From NCBI GenBank assembly GCA_030645295.1, contig JAUSMG010000233.1:1-49610 (forward strand): a stretch of DNA of 49,610 nt. The letters are read 5' to 3'. Position numbers and translations under genes: made by a program. Every line of letters begins with the position of its first letter. Position 1 is the stretch's first letter. This DNA is from Saprospiraceae bacterium (GTDB lineage: Bacteria; Bacteroidota; Bacteroidia; Chitinophagales; Saprospiraceae). Under the pieces are notes generated by a model, which was not told the origin of the DNA, searched no databases, and was given only the letters and a program-made list of their open reading frames with translations. Positions 18,398-27,542 of the stretch are shown here, piece after piece.

Positions 18398-18626
18398 TCT
18401 GTTTGGTATGCGAAGCTGATGCTCGTGATAAAGCCGACATATCCTGTTAATCCCGTCAAAAAAATAGTCAAGAAGGTTACTCAAGAGATTTTTTAGCAAA
18501 AAATCAAAAAAATATTTTCAACACAACTCATTCTAAATCAGTCACTTGAAAAATACTTATAACTTTTTTTCAACAGTACCGGGCAAAATTCAGTTCTATG
18601 TATTGCAAAGAACCTTCCGGTACCAT

Positions 18627-18634
18627 TATCTTTG
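18627..18634 (+). promoter_or_regulatory. Candidate -7 box TATCTTTG (with TTG at 18603-18605) upstream of the 18657 palindrome and the PadR operon
   Basis: TAnnTTTG match with a -33-like TTG 21 nt upstream. This would place the word palindrome in a 5-prime UTR. Confidence 0.35.
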
Positions 18635-18656
18635 CACCACCTACTAACGAACAGCG

Positions 18657-18793
18657 GACTGTTGGACTGTTGGACATTGGATGTTGGACTTATGGACCTT
18701 AGACCTTTTGATCAGAAGTCCAATTTTTTTATCCAACATCCAAGAGTCCAAAGTCCCAAGGTCCAAAAGTCCAATATCCAAAAGTCCAACATC
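18657..18793. repeat. Word palindrome of the GGACT/TTGGAC family
   Basis: The left arm is GGACTGTTGGACTGTTGGACATTGGATGTTGGACTTATGGACC... The right arm is ...ATCCAACATCCAAGAGTCCAAAGTCCCAAGGTCCAAAAGTCCAATATCCAAAAGTCCAACATC. Confidence 0.8.
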
Positions 18794-18802
18794 TATTAAG
18801 CT

Positions 18803-19042
18803 ATGCAACCAAAAGTTAAAATCACCCTTTCCGTTCTCACCTTCGTGGCCATGGTGCTCACAGGTTTGGCGGCTGCAGAACAAGTTCCAACCACACAACC
18901 CAAGGGGGGACAGTCTCTGATTTCCCCCAGTATTCTTAGCCTGAGTCCAAAGCTCATGCGGAAGAAAAACCAGTTTGAAAAAGACGACAAAACAATTCGG
19001 GAAATGGACTCCCTGGTAATCAATCAAAAACCAGCGAAATGA
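18803..19042 (+). CDS. Hypothetical small membrane/secreted protein (79 aa)
   Basis: There is a hydrophobic N-terminal segment (ITLSVLTFVAMVLTGLAAA). It lies 40 nt upstream of padR on the same strand. No recognisable domain, so it may not be coding. Confidence 0.3.
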   Translation: MQPKVKITLSVLTFVAMVLTGLAAAEQVPTTQPKGGQSLISPSILSLSPKLMRKKNQFEKDDKTIREMDSLVINQKPAK

Positions 19043-19081
19043 ATTTCGCACCACCGTTCATCTGAACAATGTAAAATAACT

Positions 19082-19540
19082 ATGGATATCGAAAATGCAA
19101 AAGCGCAGATGCGCAAGGGGGTGCTGGAATTGTGCATCCTAAGCATCATCGAAGAGGATGAGGTTTATCCTAAAACCATTGTAGATCGGCTAAAAGCCAA
19201 TGATCTGATCGTGGTGGAAGGCACGCTCTACCCACTTCTGACCCGTCTGAAAAATGACGGCCTGCTGGACTATACCTGGCGTGAAAGCAGCGAAGGTCCG
19301 CCACGCAAGTATTTCAAAATCACGGATCTTGGACGGCAATTTTTGGAAGTCCTAAGCACAAGCTGGAATCAACTGGTGCAATCCGTGGCCCAGACCGTCG
19401 GCAAACCAGCCACGACCAAAAAGACCCGAAAAAACGAAACCGCTGTAGCCTCCGATTCATCCGCCGATTTATCCGCCGAAGTCTTGACGAAGGCGGAAGT
19501 CTTAACCAAGGCTGAAGTTTTACCGAAGGAAGGCGAATAA
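19082..19540 (+). CDS. PadR family transcriptional regulator with a repetitive C-terminal tail
   Basis: The winged-helix core LELCILSII...EGTLYPLLTRLKNDGLLDYTWRESSEGPPRKYFKITDLG is typical PadR. The tail carries AEVLTK x3, encoded by 3 x 18 nt at 19475-19528. Confidence 0.88.
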   Translation: MDIENAKAQMRKGVLELCILSIIEEDEVYPKTIVDRLKANDLIVVEGTLYPLLTRLKNDGLLDYTWRESSEGPPRKYFKITDLGRQFLEVLSTSWNQLVQSVAQTVGKPATTKKTRKNETAVASDSSADLSAEVLTKAEVLTKAEVLPKEGE

Positions 19541-19579
19541 ACATCCGACGAACCGACAATCAATAACTAACATAAAGCA

Positions 19580-21793
19580 ATGAACAAGATATTGAATATC
19601 AATCTGGGCGGCTATGCCCTCACCATAGACGACGATGCCTACCTTTACCTTTCAGGTTACCTGGACAGCATCCGCAGACGGTTCAGCGAAAGCGAGGGCC
19701 GTGATGAAATCATTGGCGACATTGAAGCGCGCCTCGGCGAGCTGATCAGCCAGGAAATGGGTTCGCGCACCATTGTAATGTTGCCCGACGTCGAAGCCGT
19801 AGTCGCTGTCATGGGTAAACCGGAGGACTTTGGCGGGGAGGACAACAGTGGCAGTGGCAGTAGCAGTAGCAGTAGCAGCGCTCCGGGCAAAAAAAGCGGA
19901 AAAACCGCTGTACGCACTGGCAAACGCCTTTTCCGCGATGAAGAGGATGCTGTGGTAGCAGGCGTGTGCTCCGGTCTTTCAGCCTACTTCGGCATTCAAG
20001 ATCCCGTTTGGATGCGCCTGATCTTTGTGGTTTTAGCATTTGCCTCCTTTGGTTTCTGGATGCCGGCCTATGTGCTGATCTGGATACTGGTGCCCCCCGC
20101 CAAATCGGCCGCTGATCGCCTGGCCATGCGCGGAGAACAGGTGAACATGGACAACATTGCCCGTGAAGTAGAAGAAGGTTTTGACCGCCTGGGCAAAAAG
20201 GTAAACGAGTTCAGCAGTGATGCAGCGCGCAAGGGCAGTTCCGGCGCCCAAAACGTGATGAGCTCAGGCGTAACTGCCATTGGCCAGGCCTTTGGACTGC
20301 TAATACGCTTTGTTGCAAAGTTTGCTGCATTGATCGCCATACTGATCGGTATTGCACTGGTCATAGCACTCGGCGCAGGCTGGATCGGAAGTATCGTTGC
20401 GCTATTGATCGGCGCTCCATACGTGGAATATTTCAGCCCCTTCTCCTCAGGTTGGACCTGGTTTGGCATAATCAACCTGTTTTTCCTGTTGGGTATCCCG
20501 GCCATCGCACTGGTGCTGTTTTTTTCACGTATATTATTTAAGACCCGTACGCCCGGCTGGGTGAAGGGCACCCTGACCGGACTGTTCATCCTGAGCGTTA
20601 TCGCAGCATTTTCCATGCTGCCATTTGGGATAAAAGAATACAGCCAATCCGGTTCAATTTCTAAGAATATTGACCTCACCGCCCTCCGAAATGACACCCT
20701 AAAGGTGGAAGCTGTAGCAGACTTGTTGGGTGGCAGGTACCACAACCAAAACGACTTCAATTTTGAAGAAGATGGGTTACTCATAGACGACAACGGGCTG
20801 CAAATGCGCTGCCCGCTCGAAATCCGCGTTGTCCCAAGTCGTGACGAGGCATACCATTGCACCCAAATCATTAAATCCCAAGGTTCTTCCAGCCTCCGTG
20901 CGCAGGAAAACGCCGACCGGGTGGGTTATTCAGCCACTTTCTCGGGCAATACGCTTCGTGTACCTACTGCTTACTCCGTTGCAAAAGGGGAAAAATGGCG
21001 GGGCCAAAGGGTCCGAATCAACATTGAAGTGCCCGTTGGGAAAAGCATCACCTTCGACGAGGCAATCCATGAATACGCGGGTGCAGACCTGGACGAATAC
21101 GACGATGTGAATGACAACAACTACATCTCGCGCAGCCCCGGCAAGGTGTTCCGCATGGGTACCAAAGGTTTGGTTTGTGCCGATTGTCCGAACATGGGCG
21201 ACAAGGGCTACCGTTCTGACCGCAACTACGAGAACTTTATCCTGGAAGGCGATTTCACCACCGAGATCCGCCAGGGTGACGACTTTCGGGTAGAAATAGA
21301 AGGCCCTGGTGCTGAAAAAGACAAGGTTCAAAAAATCCAGACGGGGGATAAAATCACCTTCACCACCAATGGAAAAACAACCAATGGCACAGTGAAGATC
21401 ATGATCCAAACACCCACGTTCACTTCACTCCATGCAGACAACTCCGGCGAGATCACCATCCGGGGTTTCGACGAACACCGGGCCAGCATTACCGCCAGCG
21501 GGAATAGCAAGATCAAGGCCTACATAGACGTTGCAGGAGAGTTCAATATTGCACTTTCGGATAAGGCTTCGCTGGACCTGACGGGCAAAGGCGATTTTCT
21601 GGATGCGAGTCTGAGCGACAACTCCGTGCTGGAAGCCAACAACTGGAGCGCTGACCGCGTGGAAGTTTCCGCCTCCGATGTTGCGCGCGCACGGATTTTT
21701 GCGAAGGATGACGCGCTGGTGCTTTCTACCGGACAGAGTTCTGTGCGGGTGGATGGCGGAGCGAATGTGCGGACCAAGCGGGGAGAGGAGTAG
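19580..21793 (+). CDS. PspC domain-containing membrane protein with a large C-terminal extracytoplasmic domain
   Basis: 737 aa. PspC motif LFRDEEDAVVAGVCSGLSAYFGIQDPVWMRLIFVV is followed by several TM helices. The C-terminal beta-rich region carries repeated ...GNSKIKAY.../...DNSVLEA... strands of DUF2807/DUF4097 type. Confidence 0.8.
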   Translation: MNKILNINLGGYALTIDDDAYLYLSGYLDSIRRRFSESEGRDEIIGDIEARLGELISQEMGSRTIVMLPDVEAVVAVMGKPEDFGGEDNSGSGSSSSSSSAPGKKSGKTAVRTGKRLFRDEEDAVVAGVCSGLSAYFGIQDPVWMRLIFVVLAFASFGFWMPAYVLIWILVPPAKSAADRLAMRGEQVNMDNIAREVEEGFDRLGKKVNEFSSDAARKGSSGAQNVMSSGVTAIGQAFGLLIRFVAKFAALIAILIGIALVIALGAGWIGSIVALLIGAPYVEYFSPFSSGWTWFGIINLFFLLGIPAIALVLFFSRILFKTRTPGWVKGTLTGLFILSVIAAFSMLPFGIKEYSQSGSISKNIDLTALRNDTLKVEAVADLLGGRYHNQNDFNFEEDGLLIDDNGLQMRCPLEIRVVPSRDEAYHCTQIIKSQGSSSLRAQENADRVGYSATFSGNTLRVPTAYSVAKGEKWRGQRVRINIEVPVGKSITFDEAIHEYAGADLDEYDDVNDNNYISRSPGKVFRMGTKGLVCADCPNMGDKGYRSDRNYENFILEGDFTTEIRQGDDFRVEIEGPGAEKDKVQKIQTGDKITFTTNGKTTNGTVKIMIQTPTFTSLHADNSGEITIRGFDEHRASITASGNSKIKAYIDVAGEFNIALSDKASLDLTGKGDFLDASLSDNSVLEANNWSADRVEVSASDVARARIFAKDDALVLSTGQSSVRVDGGANVRTKRGEE

Positions 21794-21829
21794 GATTTAC
21801 GAATTACGATTTTGGATTTACGATTTTGG

Positions 21830-21874
21830 CCCCGCCCCTGCGATTTGGAATCGTGGGGGCGGGGGTATTTTTTG
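21830..21874 (+). terminator. Strong rho-independent terminator after the padR-pspC operon
   Basis: CCCCGCCCC-tg-CGATT-tgg-AATCG-tg-GGGGCGGGG followed by GTATTTTTT. Confidence 0.8.
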
Positions 21875-21955
21875 AAGGGAATACGTTAACTTTGCATGAA
21901 CAATGATACCGGCAAATCAATTCACGATTGAATTTGCCACAAAACACACGACGCG

Positions 21956-22174
21956 ATGACAAAACTTGTCTTAGAAATTCCGAATCAAAATGACCTCGAT
22001 GTATTGCTGCCGCTGCTCAGGCGGTTGCGAATTCGTTTTTCTAATCTGAAAGTCTCCACTTCAAAAGAAGGTGAATTAGAAGAAGCGCTACGCATTGTTC
22101 GGCAGGGCTGCGACATGAGTACCTACGGAGATGCGCTCCAATATCAAATTGAAACTCGGCAGGTCAACTTTTGA
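21956..22174 (+). CDS. Hypothetical 72-aa protein, function unknown
   Basis: MTKLVLEIPNQNDLDVLLPLLRRLRIRF... A -7-like TAACTTTG box lies at 21887-21894. The last five codons and the stop are supplied by the 24-nt element at 22163-22186. Confidence 0.45.
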   Translation: MTKLVLEIPNQNDLDVLLPLLRRLRIRFSNLKVSTSKEGELEEALRIVRQGCDMSTYGDALQYQIETRQVNF

Positions 22175-22205
22175 AAAGTTGTCAAATTTTGGTTCGCCAA
22201 CCCTC

Positions 22206-22213
22206 TACTTTTG
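22206..22213 (+). promoter_or_regulatory. Candidate -7 box TACTTTTG upstream of the DUF433 gene
   Basis: Exact TAnnTTTG match 25 nt before the ATG at 22238. Confidence 0.35.
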
Positions 22214-22237
22214 TAGCAAAACATATCGCCATAATTT

Positions 22238-22444
22238 ATGGAACACACTTCGCTTCTTCACCGAATCACTATTGACCCGGCCATCTGTCATGGGAAGCCC
22301 GTTATAAGAGGACTTCGTTATCCTGTGGAAAGCATTTTGGAATATTTGGCAGCGGGCGATACCATAGAGGATATACTCGCCGAATTTTCTGATCTAGAGT
22401 CGGATGATATTCTTGCTTGCTTGGCATTTGCAGCACAAGCGTAA
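22238..22444 (+). CDS. DUF433 domain protein (antitoxin-like small DNA-binding protein)
   Basis: 68 aa. ITIDPAICHGKPVIRGLRYPVESILEYLAAGDTIEDILAEF...L..DDILACLAFA is the characteristic DUF433 pattern. Confidence 0.75.
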   Translation: MEHTSLLHRITIDPAICHGKPVIRGLRYPVESILEYLAAGDTIEDILAEFSDLESDDILACLAFAAQA

Positions 22445-22494
22445 GCCGTATAAAACTCAAATCAACAGCAGGACTTATCACAACGTAGTTTTTC

Positions 22495-22502
22495 TACCTT
22501 TG
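22495..22502 (+). promoter_or_regulatory. Candidate -7 box TACCTTTG upstream of the SIR2-like/TIR gene
   Basis: Exact TAnnTTTG match 20 nt before the ATG at 22522. Confidence 0.35.
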
Positions 22503-22521
22503 CGAGTTACATAGCATTTAC

Positions 22522-23865
22522 ATGCCTACTCCAGCCGCCTCGCTTACCGATTTTTACCAGAACATTGCCCGTAAGGTCAAGGAGGGAAGTTGTGTACTTT
22601 TCCTCGGCCCTTCCGCTTTAACCGCCAAAGACAAAGACGGAAAGTGGCAGCCTATCACAGACCTTTGCGCACGGCATTTGGCCGACAAATACGACCTGGA
22701 CTTTGGCGCCGCCGAGGAGTTCAAGCTGCCTTATGTTGCCAGTCTGCTGCGCATTCAAAACCGCTCTACGGACAATGTTTTGCAGGAAGAAGTCGCCAAA
22801 TTCTACACCGATATGGCGGACAAGTTTGAACTCCACCCCGCAGTGGAGCAACTGACCGACCTGAAGTTCCGCATCGTCATCAACACCACGCCCGACAATT
22901 TTGTAACCAAACTCTACGACCAGATTGCGCAGGCTTACCATACCGATTATTACAATTGGTATAAGCCAAATGCAGGTTTTAATTTTGATTTTGACAAGGA
23001 TTCCCGTGTAGTTATTTACAATCTTTTGGGCGCCTATCAAAAGCCTGAATCTTTGGTGCTGACCTACAAACAACAGCTCAGCTACATTAAAAAAATAGTG
23101 GGCGAACAGCAAAACGAGCGCATCCCCGACGCGCTCACCAATGCGTTCAAAGACTTTCGCCACCACCTATTTCTCGGCTTCGACTTTGAAGACTGGGCAC
23201 TGCGCCTCCTGCTCGACACGCTCTATAAAAATGTACGGGACAATGTGCAGCCCTACTCTTTCACTACCAAAGACGAACTCCCGGCCGAGGCGGACACCAA
23301 AGTGTTTTTCCAGGGTGAATTTGGCATGCAGTTTCCACAAGACAGCCTCGAAAGCTTCGTTACAAACCTCGTCAGCGAGTACCAAAAATTAGACAATCCC
23401 GCAGCCGCAGTCAGTGGACAAGCCCCGCGCGCCAAAGTGCTGGTGCTCCACAATGAAGTCGCCGATAAAGATGGATACGATTTGTTAATCAAGCACTTGC
23501 GCAATCTGCCTGCCCAGTTTGTAAGCCTCGCCGATGCCGTGGGACAAGGCGATGTACAAGCCTGGATTCGAAAAATGATGGACGAATGTCAGGTAGTTCT
23601 GCCGCTCTTAAGCGCTGATTTTTACGACGATGCCAACAACCCTTCGGTGCCGCTTTTGGCAGAAATTGCCCAAAAGAACAACCCGCGTAAAGGCTTTTTG
23701 GTCATGCCTATTTTGCTCAAAACCGTAGGTCTCGACGGGCCACTCGCCCAATTGCCCACCCTGCGCCCTACCGACAAGCATCCCATTGTAGGAGGTGGAA
23801 AAGAGAGTCAATACGCGACAGAGGTAGCAGAAGGCTTGAAGAAGTATATTGAAAACCTGAAGTGA
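22522..23865 (+). CDS. SIR2-like (SIR2_2-type, catalytic residues degenerate) N-terminal domain fused to a C-terminal TIR-like domain; candidate defence effector
   Basis: 447 aa. The N-terminal blocks follow SIR2_2 order: CVLFLGPSAL, RIVINTTPDNFVTKLY, VVIYNLLGAYQKPESLVLTYKQQLSY, HHLFLGFDFEDWALRLLL. The C-terminal ~130 aa follow a TIR_2-like layout: KVLVLHNEVADKDGYDLLIKHL, ECQVVLPLLSADFY, PLLAEIAQ, FLVMPILL. These calls rest on motif recognition only; no HMM was run. Confidence 0.6.
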   Translation: MPTPAASLTDFYQNIARKVKEGSCVLFLGPSALTAKDKDGKWQPITDLCARHLADKYDLDFGAAEEFKLPYVASLLRIQNRSTDNVLQEEVAKFYTDMADKFELHPAVEQLTDLKFRIVINTTPDNFVTKLYDQIAQAYHTDYYNWYKPNAGFNFDFDKDSRVVIYNLLGAYQKPESLVLTYKQQLSYIKKIVGEQQNERIPDALTNAFKDFRHHLFLGFDFEDWALRLLLDTLYKNVRDNVQPYSFTTKDELPAEADTKVFFQGEFGMQFPQDSLESFVTNLVSEYQKLDNPAAAVSGQAPRAKVLVLHNEVADKDGYDLLIKHLRNLPAQFVSLADAVGQGDVQAWIRKMMDECQVVLPLLSADFYDDANNPSVPLLAEIAQKNNPRKGFLVMPILLKTVGLDGPLAQLPTLRPTDKHPIVGGGKESQYATEVAEGLKKYIENLK

Positions 23866-23874
23866 TCAAAATCC

Positions 23875-25485
<1,611 letters not shown>

Positions 25486-25527
25486 ACTCTTGCAAAAAAT
25501 GCAACAACACAACATAAGGCAACCCGC

Positions 25528-25552
25528 AACTGTCAAGCATTCCTTGACAGTT
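25528..25552 (+). terminator. Perfect 10-bp hairpin downstream of mnmE (no U-tract)
   Basis: AACTGTCAAG cattc CTTGACAGTT, 43 nt after the mnmE stop. Confidence 0.35.
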
Positions 25553-25691
25553 CAAAGGCTCATTTCTCCACACGTTCTGGCTCAATTTTCTCCATAAATG
25601 AGCCACAATCGAAACCAGAATGAGCCAGAAGGTTTGGGTGCATGATTTTACTACTTTACCAGTTGCGCACCAAAGGCATAAAAGTCTGCGC

Positions 25692-25699
25692 TACCTTTG
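25692..25699 (+). promoter_or_regulatory. Candidate -7 box TACCTTTG upstream of rlmF
   Basis: Exact TAnnTTTG match 39 nt before the ATG at 25738. Confidence 0.35.
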
Positions 25700-25737
25700 C
25701 GGCCTTCTCTACTACACAGCCGCCCGCACAACCTCCC

Positions 25738-26715
25738 ATGCTCCCAACAAAAATATCCCCCCCCAAAGAAAAAGCCCGCCTCCACCCGAGCAACCGGCAT
25801 CGCGAGCGCTACGATTTCAAACTGCTCATTCAGCGTTGTCCGGAACTGGCGCCCTTTGTGCAGTTGAATATTCACCAAGACGAATCCATTGATTTTGCCA
25901 ATCCGGAAGCGGTCAAGATGTTGAATACGGCACTTCTAATGCAGTATTATGATATTCAATATTGGGATATTCCACCCGGATATCTGTGTCCACCCATCCC
26001 TGGCCGGGCGGACTATATCCACTACATGGCGGAATTATTGGCCCGCAGCAACTATGGGAAAGTCCCCACAGGCAGCAAAATAACCTGCCTGGACATTGGG
26101 GTGGGGGCCAATTGCATTTATCCGATCATTGGCCACCATGAATACGGCTGGCGTTTCATTGGGTCTGATATTGACCCGCTTGCTATTGAATCTGCCAATA
26201 AGATCATTGACTCCAACCCAAATTTGAAAGGAGCGGTTGAATGCCGCTTACAAACCAATCCGGCCGACCTCTTTTACGGGATCCTTCAAAAGGAGGAGAT
26301 CATTGACATGGTAGTCTGCAACCCGCCTTTTCATGCTTCTTTGGAAGATTCACAGGCCGAAAATCTGCGCAAACTGAGCAATTTGGCCAAAGCAGAAATC
26401 ACCACGCCCATCCAGAATTTCGGCGGCCAAAGTGGAGAACTCTGGTGTGAGGGCGGCGAAGAAAAATTCGTCCGGGCGATGGTGCGCCAGAGTCGGCAAT
26501 TCATGAAATCAGTCTTTTGGTTTTCCTCCCTGGTTGCAAAAAAATCACACCTGCAGGGGGTTTATGATGAACTCAGAAAAGCGAAGGCTGAGGACGTGAA
26601 AACCATCCCCGTGGGACAAGGGAATAAGACCAGCCGGATTGTGGCCTGGACTTTTTTGACGAATGCGGAACAGAAGGAGTGGAGGAATGGGCGGTGGAAT
26701 GTGGTGGTGAAATGA
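25738..26715 (+). CDS. rlmF: 23S rRNA (adenine1618-N6)-methyltransferase RlmF
   Basis: 325 aa from the ATG at 25738. HPSNRHRERYDF, DIGVGANCIYPIIG and the catalytic NPPFH are RlmF/YbiN hallmarks. The longer ORF from 25642 was rejected. Confidence 0.85.
   Translation: MLPTKISPPKEKARLHPSNRHRERYDFKLLIQRCPELAPFVQLNIHQDESIDFANPEAVKMLNTALLMQYYDIQYWDIPPGYLCPPIPGRADYIHYMAELLARSNYGKVPTGSKITCLDIGVGANCIYPIIGHHEYGWRFIGSDIDPLAIESANKIIDSNPNLKGAVECRLQTNPADLFYGILQKEEIIDMVVCNPPFHASLEDSQAENLRKLSNLAKAEITTPIQNFGGQSGELWCEGGEEKFVRAMVRQSRQFMKSVFWFSSLVAKKSHLQGVYDELRKAKAEDVKTIPVGQGNKTSRIVAWTFLTNAEQKEWRNGRWNVVVK
26394..26462 (+). repeat. Direct repeat copy 1 (inside rlmF)
   Basis: The 69 nt AGAAATCACCACGCCCATCCAGAATTTCGGCGGCCAAAGTGGAGAACTCTGGTGTGAGGGCGGCGAAGA are 68/69 identical to 27402-27470. 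Confidence 0.95.
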
Positions 26716-26845
26716 AAAGAGGAGGAATATTTTTAGGATTTCGCATCATTAAAAACAAATTGTTTTAATTTTGCCAGAAAAGCAATCTTCTGTATCAACA
26801 CCAAACTGGTTTTCATTTGAAATTCGAACGCCCACCACTTGAAAC

Positions 26846-27385
26846 ATGGAATTACAAATCATCCAATCGAAAATACACACCCTGCGCGGCCAACGTGTGA
26901 TGCTTGATTTCGACCTTGCTGTATTGTATGATGTTGAAACAAAATACCTAAAACGTGCCGTAAAAAGGAATTTGGTACGCTTTCCGACTGATTTCTGCTT
27001 TGAACTAGACAAAGGGGAATGGGAAAACTTGAGGTTCCAATTTGGCACCTCAAGTTGGGGTGGCTCTCGCTACCTACCCTTCGCGTTCACTGAACACGGC
27101 GTAGCGATGTTGTCAAGTGTCCTAAATAGTGACCGGGCAATTATAACCAACATAGCCATCATCCGTGCTTTTATTTCCCTTCGACATTATGCCCTCAGCC
27201 TCGCTGAACTGTCTGACAAAGTGCTGGCGCACGATAAAGAGCTGGCAGACATAAACGAAGTCTTACGCTGGCTCGGCGATGAAAACCAGGCCCGATACGA
27301 TGAAAACCAAGCCCTGCAAAGCGGAGAGATAACGCCCGGCGAATGGGCAGAGCGGGCGAGAATTGGATTTCGAAAAGACACCTGA
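26846..27385 (+). CDS. ORF6N domain-containing protein (KilA-N-related, phage/mobile-element associated DNA-binding family)
   Basis: 179 aa. IHTLRGQRVMLDFDLAVLYDVETKYLKRAVKRNLVRFPTDFCFEL...WGGSRYLPFAFTEHGVAMLSSVLNSDRAI is the ORF6N pattern. A -7-like TAATTTTG box lies at 26766-26773. Confidence 0.8.
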   Translation: MELQIIQSKIHTLRGQRVMLDFDLAVLYDVETKYLKRAVKRNLVRFPTDFCFELDKGEWENLRFQFGTSSWGGSRYLPFAFTEHGVAMLSSVLNSDRAIITNIAIIRAFISLRHYALSLAELSDKVLAHDKELADINEVLRWLGDENQARYDENQALQSGEITPGEWAERARIGFRKDT

Positions 27386-27401
27386 GCAATTTATTTCAGG
27401 A

Positions 27402-27470
27402 AGAAATCACCACGCCCATTCAGAATTTCGGCGGCCAAAGTGGAGAACTCTGGTGTGAGGGCGGCGAAGA
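27402..27470 (+). repeat. Direct repeat copy 2: orphan fragment of rlmF coding sequence after the ORF6N gene
   Basis: 68/69 identical to 26394-26462. It would encode EITTPIQNFGGQSGELWCEGGE and then diverges. Confidence 0.95.
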
Positions 27471-27542
27471 CAGGAACGACAGGAGTTAAAGGATCTAATC
27501 CTATTGAGGCACGCTAATTATCCCTGCGTACCTTGCACCCCC

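Noticed and set aside
18231-18440. 69-aa ORF (…HSERSEEPEGVARKKK…)
   Set aside because: The reading frame is created by the two arms of the perfect inverted repeat at 18304-18397. This is a classic REP-derived pseudo-ORF.
18644-19054. 136-aa minus-strand ORF upstream of padR
   Set aside because: It runs through the GGACTT word palindrome and lies antisense to the small plus-strand ORF. It has no motifs or signal features.
25642-25737. Longer start for rlmF at 25642, and the overlapping 90-aa ORF at 25620-25892
   Set aside because: The extension would include the candidate -7 promoter box (25692-25699) and adds a non-conserved hydrophobic peptide. RlmF homology (HPSNRHRERYDF) begins just after the ATG at 25738.
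26716-27470. ORF6N region as a prophage or integrative element
   Set aside because: No integrase, transposase, terminal inverted repeats or further phage genes are visible. Only the 69-bp direct repeat is present, so I report it as a repeat-bracketed cassette rather than a mobile element.
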